Positions 1 through 10,610 of a DNA stretch of 64,000 nt are shown here, one piece after another. Every line of letters starts with the position of its first letter. The first letter of the stretch is position 1. A program made the translations under genes and the position numbers. The stretch is taken from the IMG/VR virus record IMGVR_UViG_3300035698_022190, positions 1 through 64,000 of that record. The stretch is one strand, 5' to 3'. Under the pieces are notes generated by a model. That model searched no databases and was not told the origin of the DNA. It worked only from the letters and a program-made list of their open reading frames with translations.

Positions 1-870
1 CAGGAACATCGGGTACAGATGGGACATCAGGAACATCGGGAACATCCGCTACAAATGGAACATCGGGAACGTCTGGAACATCCGGAACATCCGCCACAGA
101 CGGAACATCCGCCACAGATGGAACATCAGGAACAGCCGGAACATCCGCCACAGACGGAACATCAGGAACAGCCGGAACATCTGGAACATCGGGTTTAGAT
201 GGAGAAGTGGCAGCACAAGGTCTCCCCGGAACGAACGGAACATCTGGAACATCGGGAACATCGGGAACATCCGCTACAGACGGAACGTCGGGAACATCAG
301 GAACATCCGGAACATCCGCCACAGACGGAACATCAGGAACATCGGGAACATCCGCTACAGATGGGACATCAGGAACATCAGGAACATCCGCTACAGACGG
401 AACATCTGGAACATCGGGAACATCCGGAACATCAGGAACGTCCGCCACAGATGGAACATCGGGAACATCGGGAACATCGGGAACATCCGCCACAGACGGA
501 ACTTCGGGAACATCTGGAACATCAGGAACATCGGGAACATCCGCTACAGACGGAACATCGGGAACATCGGGAACAGACGGAACATCAGGAACATCTGGAA
601 CATCGGGAACTTCGGGAACGTCTGGAACATCCGGAACATCAGGAACGTCCGCCACAGACGGAACAAATGGATCTTCAGGATCATCGGGAACATCAGGAAC
701 ATCTGGAACATCTGGAACATCCGCCACAGATGGAACAAATGGATCATCAGGATCATCTGGAACATCAGGAACGTCTGGAACATCTGGAACATCTGGAACA
801 TCCGCCACAGATGGAACAAATGGATCATCAGGATCTTCAGGATCATCCGCCACAGACGGAACATCGGGAG
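1..870 (+). repeat. Coding 9-nt tandem repeat (GGAACATCN) encoding Gly-Thr-Ser
   Basis: Visible directly; variation falls mainly at wobble positions, so the repeat is coding. Confidence 0.9.
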
Positions 871-1199
871 TTGATATTACCGAGGAGTATACTACTGTTA
901 ACCCAAGTGTAGGAGTAGTAACTTTAAATTTTAATAATGGTCCAAACTTTAAATCATTAATGTCTGGAGTAGTAACTATTAATCCATCAAACGAGGCAAC
1001 CAATTTAGGTAAAAGTGGAAATTTAATAATAACAGGAGATACGGGAGGTATAACTTCTATTACATTAAATGCTGAGTTTAAAACACCTTTAGGTCAAACA
1101 CCTTCATGAGTATTAACACAAGGTGCAATATCTATATTAACATATATAGTAGTAGATGCTTCAACAATTCTAGTTAATTACATGGGTAATTTTAGCTAA
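3..1199 (+). CDS. Collagen-like (Gly-Thr-Ser)n fibre/decoration protein, 5'-partial; one TGA read as Trp
   Basis: Frame 3 is open from the window start with GTS/ATD triplets. Reading TGA 1107-1109 as Trp completes the C-terminal domain ([40 protein letters not shown]) to TAA 1197-1199, which overlaps the next ATG (TAATG). Confidence 0.8.
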
Positions 1200-1843
1200 T
1201 GCAACGTTTTGGTTTTATTCAAAAATATGAGTGAGAAACGAGCTTTAGTACTGATATACAAACTAGTACGACGTCATTATTAAACACTACGACTACTTGA
1301 GAAACTAGTCGCTCTACAACTACTACATATCAAACATCTCATAGCACAACAACGGCTTATGATACAAGCATATCCACGACGACTACGTGACAAACATCTC
1401 ATAGCACTACCACATCATACAATACAGACACGAGTACGACGACTACGTGGGGAACATCTCATAGCACTACCACATCATATAATACAGACACGAGTACAAC
1501 AACTACGTGACAAACATCTCATAGCACTACCACATCATATAATACAGACACGAGTACAACAACTACGTGAGAAACGTCTCGAAGCACAACTACAACTTGA
1601 AATACTAATGTTTCAACGATAACAGTACGAGCGACTCTTAGATCAACGCAAGAGCCAGCTAATACAACAGTGGAAACAAGCAGTAGTTATAATACATATT
1701 GGAATACAACAAGTACCAAAAATACACAAAGAGAAACAAGCACTTATACAGAATATGAGACTGAATGAACAACATACTGAAATACCACAGTTCAAACAAA
1801 TACTGTAATATTTTGAACTAAAGGATCAGGGATAACACAATAA
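1199..1843 (+). CDS. Thr/Ser-rich repeat virion protein 1 (214 aa, 9 TGA=Trp)
   Basis: [16 protein letters not shown]..., with 20-aa repeat STTTTWQTSHSTTTSYNTDT. TAATG coupling at both ends. One repeat copy has TGG (1448) where the others have TGA (1388, 1508, 1568). Confidence 0.8.
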
Positions 1844-2454
1844 TGATTGAATATACATATGAAACTTGGTTAACAGGAACCCTGGTAGAGACATCTAACG
1901 TAACAGATGTTTGAACAGGACGCACAACATATTGGGATACTACTGTTAATACTATTACCCAATGACAAACTAGTAAATCAACTACTGTATATTGAAATAC
2001 TCAAAGAAGTACTAACCATGCAACAAATACATGGGTTAATACCAATGTTAGTACTATTACTTTAAGAAGTACAAATAGGTCTACGACCACATTATTTAAT
2101 ACAAGCGGGTCCACGACGACTACGTGACAAACATCTCATAGTACAACAACGGCTTATGATACAAGCATATCCACGACGACTACGTGACAAACATCTCATA
2201 GCACAACAACGGCTTATGATACAAGCATATCCACGACGACTACGTGACAAACATCTCATAGCACTACCACATCATATAATACAGACACGAGTACAACAAC
2301 TACGTGAGAAACGTCTCGAAGCACAACTACGGCATATAACACTAGCCATAGTACCACCACAGCATTTAATACAAATACATCAACAGGTACTTTCACCACT
2401 TTTAACACAACCACAGCTTGACAAACAAGCAGAACCACAAATTTTTATGAATAA
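1843..2454 (+). CDS. Thr/Ser-rich repeat virion protein 2 (203 aa, 8 TGA=Trp)
   Basis: MIEYTYETWLTG...TTTTWQTSHSTTTAYDTSI repeats...WQTSRTTNFYE*. Shares the 60-nt repeat with the upstream gene. Confidence 0.8.
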
Positions 2455-3376
2455 AAAAATTCAAACACAAATGTTTGATGACAAAGAACAGACTAAACGT
2501 TTAGGTGATTTAAAGAAAAACGTTGTTTTGTTACATCTGGAACAGGTAGAATTATATCTCTTAGAGGTATTAAAAGAATATAAAATTGATTGCGCTTATG
2601 ATGTAACCGCGCGTGAATTGCCATATTTTAAAACTTTAGGTTATACAGAATATGGAACAAACTTAATTTTAAACCCCTTAAACTTAGAGCTTAGATCTAC
2701 ACAAATTAAAGAGGCTATTTTAGATACTCCCGAAACTATATATGATTATACTACATATTTAAAAAATAATATACTTAAAAAACAGGCTAATAAATATCAG
2801 GATAGAGAAAATTTAACAGGCGCTTATCCAGCTGTAAAAAACATTGTTGTTTTGCCCGGATCTAATAAATTAAAAGATAAGACTTGCCTTAACAAATTAA
2901 TATACATAAGTAAATTGCATGAAGGCAATATATATTTTAAACCGCACCCTTTAACTAAGCATTTTATGATTGGGGAGCTAAAAGATCTGTTTGGAGAACA
3001 TGCCATCTTGCCGAGAGAGGCAGATTTATATGAATTTTTAGTGCAAGCAGATAAAGTATATACCACACATATAAGTGAATCAGCTTTATACGCAAGTGTC
3101 CTTGGCAAAGAGATTGAACCTATAGATGTTTATAACCATTTACAAGATGGATCCTTTTATCATATAAATAGGTTTTTATTTGAAGAGCAGTTATATAATA
3201 GAGACCCTTCAATATGAATAAATAAAACTTTTTCCAGTTATAAGTCAGGGATTATAAATCCAACCGTAGATTTAAACTGAAAAGATAAGGTAGATAATTA
3301 TCTCGAGTATATAATGGGTATTCGAAATAGATATAAAAATTGATATATTGAGAAGTCTAAAAAAGAAAAAAAATAG
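2447..3376 (+). CDS. Putative glycosyltransferase-like protein (GT-B/capsule-biosynthesis-like), 309 aa with 3 TGA=Trp
   Basis: Starts MNKKIQTQMF. Motifs VVLPGS, YFKPHP and ADKVYTTHISESALYASVLGK resemble KpsC/KpsS/sialyltransferase-type GT-B domains. Read-through extends it to TAG 3374-3376. Confidence 0.55.
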
Positions 3377-3404
3377 TACCAGTATTTTAATGTAAATAAA
3401 AAAC

Positions 3405-3433
3405 TTGACTATCTTGTCACATAAGTTTATATT
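3405..3433 (+). promoter_or_regulatory. Sigma70-type promoter TTGACT-N17-TATATT, probably leaderless
   Basis: Exact 17-nt spacer; ATG 3439 lies 5 nt after the -10 box. Confidence 0.65.
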
Positions 3434-3438
3434 AAGTT

Positions 3439-3615
3439 ATGAGAATAGTACGGGATCCTTTTGTTGATTTCCCCAGTACGACATTGAATAAAATAAGAGA
3501 AGAAGTAAAAATGCTTGCAGAGCGTTTTTTACGACAAAATGGCCTACCTACATTAGGCATTAATGTTACAGAAAATCTGCAGGATTTTTTATTTCCACGG
3601 GTAAATATTAGATAA
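3439..3615 (+). CDS. Hypothetical protein (58 aa)
   Basis: MRIVRDPFVDFPSTT...FPRVNIR*. Follows the promoter and is TAATG-coupled to the next gene. Confidence 0.6.
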   Translation: MRIVRDPFVDFPSTTLNKIREEVKMLAERFLRQNGLPTLGINVTENLQDFLFPRVNIR

Positions 3616-4478
3616 TGGCTACCACAGGAAATATAAGTTTAGATATAAAATATATCTTCATTAGTTTTGCACAACAATTATTTGCTACACATGGACTGTA
3701 TACATGAAATACAAACCCCATTGAAACAAAGATAATAATTGCTGATAAAAATGCTGTTGATTTAGGTATAGTAGCTAAACGACCTTCAATTATTTTATCT
3801 CGTGGCGGCTTTTCGTTTATGAAATTAGCGATCAACCAACGAGCACCATCCAAAGATTTCGTTCATTTGGACGGAACACAAAATTTAGTAGGACCTTTAG
3901 GATCTGCAGATGCTTCAAAAAACGCTGTTTTTATGGACCAAATACAAGGTTCAGCAACATTTAATGTTTTATCAAAGCAGGGTATACAAGCAGAAACTAT
4001 TGCTAACGAGCTATACATGGCCTTAGTCGGATATAAAGAAGATATAAGGGCTAAGGGTATGGAAATTAAAAATATCTCATTTGGCGAAGAATCCATGCTT
4101 AAACATACTTCAGAAATTGAAGTATCGGCTATAGCCATCGGAGTTCAATTTACTAAAACAGTAAAAGTAGCTCGCGGTGAAAAACAAAATAATTGTTTAG
4201 TTTATCAAGATGGTACGGAAGTTAAAGAAGGTATACATTTTAGAGTGGCAACGGCAGGCACACAAATTGTTTTTGAAGATGCCCCTGCAACGGGAACAGC
4301 TTTAACATTAACATATGTACATGCCATAACATTAGCAACTCATACATCAGTAACTTTAATAGGTACTGTTGACGGATCAAACAAAACTTTTACAGTCCCG
4401 GAAAGTGGAGTAATTTATGGTTATTATACATTATTAGATTCCGTAGACATAACTATTAATGATGCAACTTATGATTAA
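3615..4478 (+). CDS. Putative tail completion/neck protein (287 aa, 1 TGA=Trp at 3705)
   Basis: MATTGNISLDIKYIFISFAQQLFATHGLYTWNTNP... joins the 3819-4478 ORF in frame. Position upstream of the sheath; KRPSIILSRG resembles tail-terminator-like proteins. Confidence 0.55.
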
Positions 4479-5463
4479 ACTTTCAACATATCAAATTGAC
4501 GAAGCCCTGCTTCAAGGTTTTATTGAAGAAATGAATGATATGGAAAAAACTGCTGGACCATCAAGTTTCGCTGCAAAAACACTTTATAAACTACTTGGCA
4601 AAGCTCGCTTAGGCTTACGTAGGGCGGGACGGGGCGGAAAAGCTATGGACGTAATGTTTAGACGCGGACGTGCAGGGTATAAAGCAGGCGGAGGACGAAG
4701 TATGCTAGGGGAAATGGGCAAGTTTAAAAACCCACTTTATTATGCTGGAAGCAAAGAAATACCTAAACATCATGAATTATTAAGACAACGTTATGAAGGT
4801 TTAGGTGCAATGTTTAAATCAATGCCACAAGGCGCAGTTAGAAGTCTTGGAACAACTTCTCAAAAACTTTTTGATTTAACTAAAGGCATGTCAGGTAAAG
4901 GTGGAATTTTTAAAAACACTGGAAGATTTATTAAAAATATGCCAGGTGTAATGGCCAAAGATGTAGGTGCAAATTTTAGATATAAAGAGCTTCTAGGTGT
5001 TTCAGATAAAATAAAATCTGGCAGAATTTTTATGAAAAAAGATGGTATTATTTTAGATGCAAAAAAAGCTTTAAAAATTTATACAAAAAACCCAGATAAA
5101 GCGGTTACTAGTTTACATTTAAGACCAGCATGGAGAAAGAAAGGGGGAACAGCCTTTTCTAGACCATTAAAGGGTAATACAGGAATAGGAGCAGCTGTTA
5201 GAAAGCGTACACAAACAGGTGTAGCAATGGCAGCTTTCTCAGGTCCTGGAATGGCTGCGACCACTTACTTAGGCAGTAAAACTAAAGAAGATGGTACCCA
5301 AAATAGCCAGCTAAAAAGAATTGGAATGTCCGCAGGTGAGTTAGCCTTGTGGGGTGTAAATCCCGCCATAGGAACTGCAGCCATGATTGGACACGGTGCT
5401 CTCAATTTATTGAAAAAACCGAAAAAGCCAAAACAACCAGAAACAATACAACAATTACTTTAA
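4471..5463 (+). CDS. Basic Gly/Lys-rich protein, possibly internal virion/ejection protein
   Basis: Acidic N-terminal leader ending MEKTA, then a very basic G/K/R/M-rich body and hydrophobic C-terminal helices. Function inferred. Confidence 0.5.
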   Translation: MIKLSTYQIDEALLQGFIEEMNDMEKTAGPSSFAAKTLYKLLGKARLGLRRAGRGGKAMDVMFRRGRAGYKAGGGRSMLGEMGKFKNPLYYAGSKEIPKHHELLRQRYEGLGAMFKSMPQGAVRSLGTTSQKLFDLTKGMSGKGGIFKNTGRFIKNMPGVMAKDVGANFRYKELLGVSDKIKSGRIFMKKDGIILDAKKALKIYTKNPDKAVTSLHLRPAWRKKGGTAFSRPLKGNTGIGAAVRKRTQTGVAMAAFSGPGMAATTYLGSKTKEDGTQNSQLKRIGMSAGELALWGVNPAIGTAAMIGHGALNLLKKPKKPKQPETIQQLL

Positions 5464-5510
5464 TAAGTAATTAATAATTAATAAATGCAATATTATTGGA
5501 GGAGTCATTA

Positions 5511-7118
5511 ATGGCGTACACCAAACCGGGAATTGAAGTTTCACAGATACAGGAAAGCACAACGCCGACCCTTATCACGCCCGATTTAGAGGCTGTCGTA
5601 GTTGGAGAATCTAACTACTGGCAACCAATGACAGAAGCAACAGGTACGTACTTAACAGCGGCTCAGACTGAAATTGCTGTAAGTGGTATTAATTCTTCAT
5701 TCCCAGATGTTACTGGACACAATGCCTTAGTGCTTGTTGACCTATTAACAGCAACGGGCGTAAGAAAACCACTCGTAAAAGATACAGATTTTACTATTTC
5801 GACAGTTGAGGGCTATTCTACTATCACTCTTGTTAGTGGTATACAGGTAGCGAGCGCTGATGTTACAACAGCAGCTGCTGTTTATGTAGGATATCGCGCA
5901 GATAATATAACTGGCCGTGGTTTTAAAACTCTTGAATCTTTAACTGATGTTCAGAATTTATATGGAACTATTAATTCGTGGAATCCATTAGCTTATGGCT
6001 CTGCCTTAGCTTTGGATAACGCAGGTTCTTCTATAAATGCTTATGGAATAAGTGGTATAACCTCGTCAGCAAGTATCTCAGCAGCGTTAAGTGACCTAGA
6101 AGCTCGCGAAGTGTATTCAATGTCTTTGTTAGATCAAAAGTATCTTTCAAGTACAGCGACTACATTAAGCACTCACGTTACAACTCAATCTTCAGCAATC
6201 AACAAGAAAGAACGTATTGCGTTTGTATGTAAAGCAACCGAGTTCACCGGTACAGCCTACTATGAGAGTAGTTCTGATAAAGCAACCACGGCAGCCGCCG
6301 TGCAATTAGCTAATATTGCCCATGGCAATAAGCGCTTTTTCAGTGTATTCCCAGATGTAGCCTTTATCGAAGAATCTCGCCACATTTCAACAATAGATCC
6401 AACCTGGATCACTGCAAGTTTTGCAAACACTTCAAGTGTAGGTTTTGGCACTGGAGATCTTGTTTGTATGTTTAGAAACAACACTACCATTAACGGTATT
6501 GCTTATCTAAAAGGACAAAAGATCACCAGCACTGTTTATACCGCCATCAAAGATTACATTTTAAGTGAAGACTTGACATTGTTAGTATGGGCGCCAGTTC
6601 CTGGCTTCTATCTAACTTCAGCGATTGCAGGTCAAGTTGCGGGCAAAGACCCACAACAACCTTTAACCAACGTACCTATCGGCGGTTTTGCCAAAACAAA
6701 AGGATCCAATGACTATTTCTCAGAAGCCAACCTAAACACAATGGCTGAAGGTGGAACTTATATTGTTAATGAACTTACTACAAACTCACTAATATGTAGA
6801 CATCAGGTTGCAACAGATATGTCGAGTATTGCTAAACGTGAATTAAGTGTAACAAATGCACTCGATTATTCTGCAAAGTTTATTCGAACTGCTTTCTCGC
6901 CTTATATAGGGCGATACACAATCAGTCCTTCGTTTATTAAATTAGCTAACACCATTTTAGTTGGTATTGGCATGTATTTAAAACGCGAAAGGAAGATTAA
7001 TGATTTACAGGTATTATCGATAACACAGGACCCAATAAATCCTGACACGTTACTCGTAGAAGTAAATATTCTGGTGAAATATCCAGTTAATTACATAAAA
7101 CTAAAATTATTATTTTAG
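5511..7118 (+). CDS. Tail sheath protein
   Basis: GGAGG RBS; starts MAYTKPGIEV; sheath-type C-terminus (PQQPLTNVPI, RELSV, LVKYPVNYIKLKL); immediately upstream of the tube gene. Confidence 0.9.
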   Translation: MAYTKPGIEVSQIQESTTPTLITPDLEAVVVGESNYWQPMTEATGTYLTAAQTEIAVSGINSSFPDVTGHNALVLVDLLTATGVRKPLVKDTDFTISTVEGYSTITLVSGIQVASADVTTAAAVYVGYRADNITGRGFKTLESLTDVQNLYGTINSWNPLAYGSALALDNAGSSINAYGISGITSSASISAALSDLEAREVYSMSLLDQKYLSSTATTLSTHVTTQSSAINKKERIAFVCKATEFTGTAYYESSSDKATTAAAVQLANIAHGNKRFFSVFPDVAFIEESRHISTIDPTWITASFANTSSVGFGTGDLVCMFRNNTTINGIAYLKGQKITSTVYTAIKDYILSEDLTLLVWAPVPGFYLTSAIAGQVAGKDPQQPLTNVPIGGFAKTKGSNDYFSEANLNTMAEGGTYIVNELTTNSLICRHQVATDMSSIAKRELSVTNALDYSAKFIRTAFSPYIGRYTISPSFIKLANTILVGIGMYLKRERKINDLQVLSITQDPINPDTLLVEVNILVKYPVNYIKLKLLF

Positions 7119-7129
7119 GGAGATAAAAA

Positions 7130-7759
7130 ATGGCTAATGTAAATGTATTAGGTGATTGGAATTTTTTGGACGGTAACGTTCAAAAGATCGACGATGGCAG
7201 CGATTTCTTATCAGCAGAATCTACTGTAATTTGTGCCGGACCACCGGACCTTGGTGCATCAATTCAAAGTGTAAGACCTGTAGGACTAGTGCAGAATGCA
7301 CAAATTACACAAAATAAGCAGATTCAACAGCTGTTCGAAATTGGATCGCGTAAACCGTTCTTCATTCCAGGAAGAACTTTAATACAACTCGGAATGTCAA
7401 GAGTGTTATTTGATGGGGCCTCATTAATGCGTGCGTTATATGAGCACGATGAGCTTCCAGGCGTAACAGACAACTATAATGCCGATGTTATTCCACCAGC
7501 TGAGCCTTACGGTCCAGCAACATCCAGTGATTTTTATATGAATTTAGCTTCTGAATTCTTTAATCGTCCTTTAGGTTTAGCCTTCATATTACATGATGGT
7601 CAAAATCAAAAGTATGGCGGTTTCTATTTAGAAAATTGTTATATTCAAACACACGGAATGTCAATGGCGGGACAGCAAACAGTGTTATTAGAAAATGTAG
7701 GTATCCGAGCAAGTAATTTAGTTCCTTTGGACTATGATGAAAGTGCAAGCGCAACCTAA
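7130..7759 (+). CDS. Tail tube protein
   Basis: Follows the sheath; VGLVQN..QQLFEIGS..FFIPG and LENCYI tube-fold motifs. Confidence 0.85.
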   Translation: MANVNVLGDWNFLDGNVQKIDDGSDFLSAESTVICAGPPDLGASIQSVRPVGLVQNAQITQNKQIQQLFEIGSRKPFFIPGRTLIQLGMSRVLFDGASLMRALYEHDELPGVTDNYNADVIPPAEPYGPATSSDFYMNLASEFFNRPLGLAFILHDGQNQKYGGFYLENCYIQTHGMSMAGQQTVLLENVGIRASNLVPLDYDESASAT

Positions 7760-7769
7760 TTTTTAAGTT

Positions 7770-7802
7770 AAAAAAAATGGGGGATGTTTTACGTCCCCCA
7801 TT
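7770..7802. terminator. Intrinsic terminator at the convergence of the + and - blocks
   Basis: Hairpin AATGGGGGATGT-TTT-ACGTCCCCCATT; the upstream A-run gives a U-tract on the - strand. Confidence 0.75.
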
Positions 7803-7807
7803 CGCAC

Positions 7808-8548
7808 TTAAATTAAGTGCGTATGCTTTAAATCATGTATAAAGTCTTTTACGACTACAGAAAGCTCGTTCACATTATGGGCTTTTAGTATTCGGTCTGG
7901 TTTTGTGTCATTTAAATCAGCTTCGGACGGATGATTAGGATCTCTGTCTGGTGCAACAAAACGTGTATTATCATCGTTTAGTCTGACCACATCAACATAA
8001 ACCCCGCCCGCGTCTTGTACGGCGGAAGCTTCATTTCTAAAGCGAGTATCCGCAACACATATCCACACTAATCCATCATAATTTTTATTTTCTTCAGCAA
8101 TACGATCAATATCTTCAAAGGTTCGCTTCACCCAATAATTATTTCCAAAATAAGTGCGTCGTAAATCTGTACCCCAAAGTTGAAGTAATAAAGGATCTTT
8201 ATCTAACATATATAAATATCTAAAACCATCTCTATTTATATTTCCTAAAACTAGATCTTTAAAATCGGGCAATTCTTTATGTGTAAATTTATCATAAATT
8301 ATTGTTCGAGTTTTACCAACAGTCTTCACACTTTTTAAACACCAAACTTCTTCATTATTTATTTTACACAAAGGCATTTCATGCTCTTCATACTCTTTGT
8401 TTCTAACTTCCTCATACAATTTATCAGCCCAATGAAGAATATGTACATTAGGTTCTAACTTTTTTATTATCTCTGCTGTGGTATCTTTGCCATTTCTTGC
8501 CTTAGATCCTAATCCAAGTAAAACAACATTTTTAGCCAGTTTAGCCAT
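7808..8548 (-). CDS. Deoxynucleoside monophosphate kinase
   Basis: P-loop GLGSKARNGKDT, LLQLWGTDLRR, ADTRFRNE and HPSE motifs of the phage dNMP kinase family. Confidence 0.85.
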   Translation of the reverse strand: MAKLAKNVVLLGLGSKARNGKDTTAEIIKKLEPNVHILHWADKLYEEVRNKEYEEHEMPLCKINNEEVWCLKSVKTVGKTRTIIYDKFTHKELPDFKDLVLGNINRDGFRYLYMLDKDPLLLQLWGTDLRRTYFGNNYWVKRTFEDIDRIAEENKNYDGLVWICVADTRFRNEASAVQDAGGVYVDVVRLNDDNTRFVAPDRDPNHPSEADLNDTKPDRILKAHNVNELSVVVKDFIHDLKHTHLI

Positions 8549-8571
8549 TTTTTATCGTGGTTAATTTTTTA

Positions 8572-10598
8572 TTAGTGAACCCATTCTCTAGCAATTGCTG
8601 GGTCTACTTCCATAGGTACAGAAGGGGCATAGTGATTGAAAGCACCAACCATGGCGGTCTTTACATGCTCTGCAACTTCTTCAGCTTCATCTTTATGTAC
8701 TTCCACTAGTATTTCATCATGAATCGCATTAATGATTTTAGCATCATATTTTTCTTTATCAAAAAGTCTTTTTAATCGACACATAGCTAATTTAGTAGTA
8801 CTAGCACCACATCCTTGGAAAGGAAGGTTCTTCGCAATATTAAATGCGTGTGCAACCTGTCTGGAGTCATCCCAATCAAAAGTTGTTAAGTCCCGACGAC
8901 GACCATCTAATGGTGATAAAGCATATTTATTTCTAGCAGCATCTGTTGTTAGCCCGTCTAAAGTCTTTTTAATATAAGTAAATGTTGCGAAATATTTATT
9001 CATTAAATTACGTGCTTCCTTTATTTCAATACCTAAATTTAAAGATAATTTCATAGGACCAATACCATATATTAATCCAAAGGTTAGAGACTTGGCGGGT
9101 GTTCTATACTTCTTTTTCATATCATCTTTTAATTTTCCTTTATCATCAAAAAATGTGTCATAAGGAATATTATAAATTAAGCTAGCTGAATAGCTATGGA
9201 GATCCATATTGTTTTGTAGAGCATATAAAAACTTAGGCTCTTGTGTTAAATGTGCTAATAATCTTAGTTCTTGCAGTTAATTCTCAGTTTTCACTGAGGA
9301 CTGGACTCTCTCTTCACCCAATAGGGTGCGCCGTATATAGTCTCTACACTTGCCCGGAAAAATACTTTCCTGCTAGCTCGGGATTGCCATATCAAGTGAC
9401 TTAGGTTTCCCCGAATTAGCGGCGTTTTCACTTATAAATTTCTTTATAAGGGAGCCTTGCAAAAATCTTTCATGCTTTCTTTCAAGAAAGTCAAGAAAAA
9501 TCTTTTATGTTGACCCGAAAAGTCTGCTGAGATTATTCTGTAATTTGGATCTTGTGCAATAAATGCTGCACGATATTCTGCTGCTGCGGGAATGTTTGTC
9601 ATATTAGGATTTCGGGAAGCATATCTTCCTGAGTCTGCTCCAAGCTGTACAAAGTTGGAGTGAACGCGTCCATCAATAGTTGAAACATTTTGCTCTAAAA
9701 ACTCTTTTCCATACGTAGTAATTTTCTTTTGTTGGCCTCTGTACTCAAGCAAAGCTTCCACTGCTGGATGTTTTACTTTTTTTAAAGCAGCTTCACTGGT
9801 CGATGTTAAACGCGTACGGGTTAAATCATTTAAAATTGGCAACAATTGTTTAGGTGAGTTATAGTTTATATCTAAATTACCAAACAAATCTTTTTGACAA
9901 AATTTTTCAAAGAATTTGTCCAACTTAGTTTTTGCTATATCTGCCTGTTTAACAGCAATATCTTTTAAAGCAAGCCAGCTGTCCCTATCTAAAAATATAC
10001 CATTTATTTCCATATCAGCCGTTACCTTAGTAGTTTCATATTCTAAAGTAGACAGTTCTTTCATTCCTCGTGCATTTAAAAGTTTTTGGATTTTTTTATA
10101 AATTGGTATTAAATATTGAACATCGTCTCCGGCATATTCTAGCTGGCGTTCAGTAAATTCTTGGCCCCACTTCATTCCAACAAAAGTGGTTTGTTGTGTT
10201 TTATCTAAAGCGTGTCCTAAATACTTTAAAGCAACAGAGTTAAAACTAGCACTTTGTTTTTTACCTTGATTTAGTAACTGCTCTCCAATCATAGTGCACT
10301 TTACTGATGGTAAATCATACCCAAAATTTGTTTTTATCATTCCATAATCAAATTTTGCATTGTGTATTACACAAGTGACATCTTTGTCAACAATCCAATC
10401 TAGCACTTTATAGATATGAGTACCTAGCCTATAAACATCAAAAACAAACTGTTCTTTTTCATCTCCTATTTGCAATAATAAAACTTTTGCTTCTAGGGGA
10501 TCAAGACCCGTTGTTTCCGTATCTAAAGCGACCATAGGCTGTCGACGCAAATAAGTTAAGGCTGCATCTAAGTCACTTTCTGATTTTATATATAACAT
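8572..10598 (-). CDS. polA: Family A DNA polymerase with 3'-5' exonuclease; join(10598..9513, 9273..8572), 595 aa
   Basis: ExoI LDTETTG, HNAKFD, YAGDD; motif A restored as ADFSG|QELR after splicing; motif B KSLTFGLIYG; motif C IHDE. Confidence 0.9.
9274..9512 (-). ncRNA. Group I self-splicing intron (239 nt, no ORF) in polymerase motif A
   Basis: 5' exon ends in U and intron ends in G. P AATTCGGGGAAA, Q AATCCCGAGC, R GAGACTA, S AAGAGAGAGTCC. Stems: P2 CTTATAAA-GAAA-TTTATAAG, P3 CGCCG/CGGCG, P8 CACCC/GGGTG, P9 CTCAGT-GAAA-ACTGAG. Confidence 0.9.
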
Positions 10599-10610
10599 CT
10601 GTTAAAATGG

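Noticed and set aside
49-912. ORFs 49-270(-), 199-912(+) and 544-864(-)
   Set aside because: Shadow frames of the GTS repeat; wobble variation fits only the Gly-Thr-Ser frame.
1330-2330. 60-nt repeats as a CRISPR array or DGR template/variable repeats
   Set aside because: No unique spacers, no cas or reverse transcriptase gene, no adenine-specific variation; the repeats are in-frame coding units.
1359-2446. ORF 1359-1622 and the N-terminal part of ORF 2156-3217 (MIQAYPRRLRD...)
   Set aside because: Wrong frame of the Thr-rich repeat genes; the GT-like gene starts at 2447.
3608-3853. Minus-strand 81-aa ORF and similar short antisense ORFs throughout the track
   Set aside because: They lie antisense to well-supported genes and show no motifs or RBS.
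9208-9512. Split polymerase as two genes, an intein or a frameshift
   Set aside because: The insert has a full group I intron core with U/G splice boundaries that restore motif A exactly.
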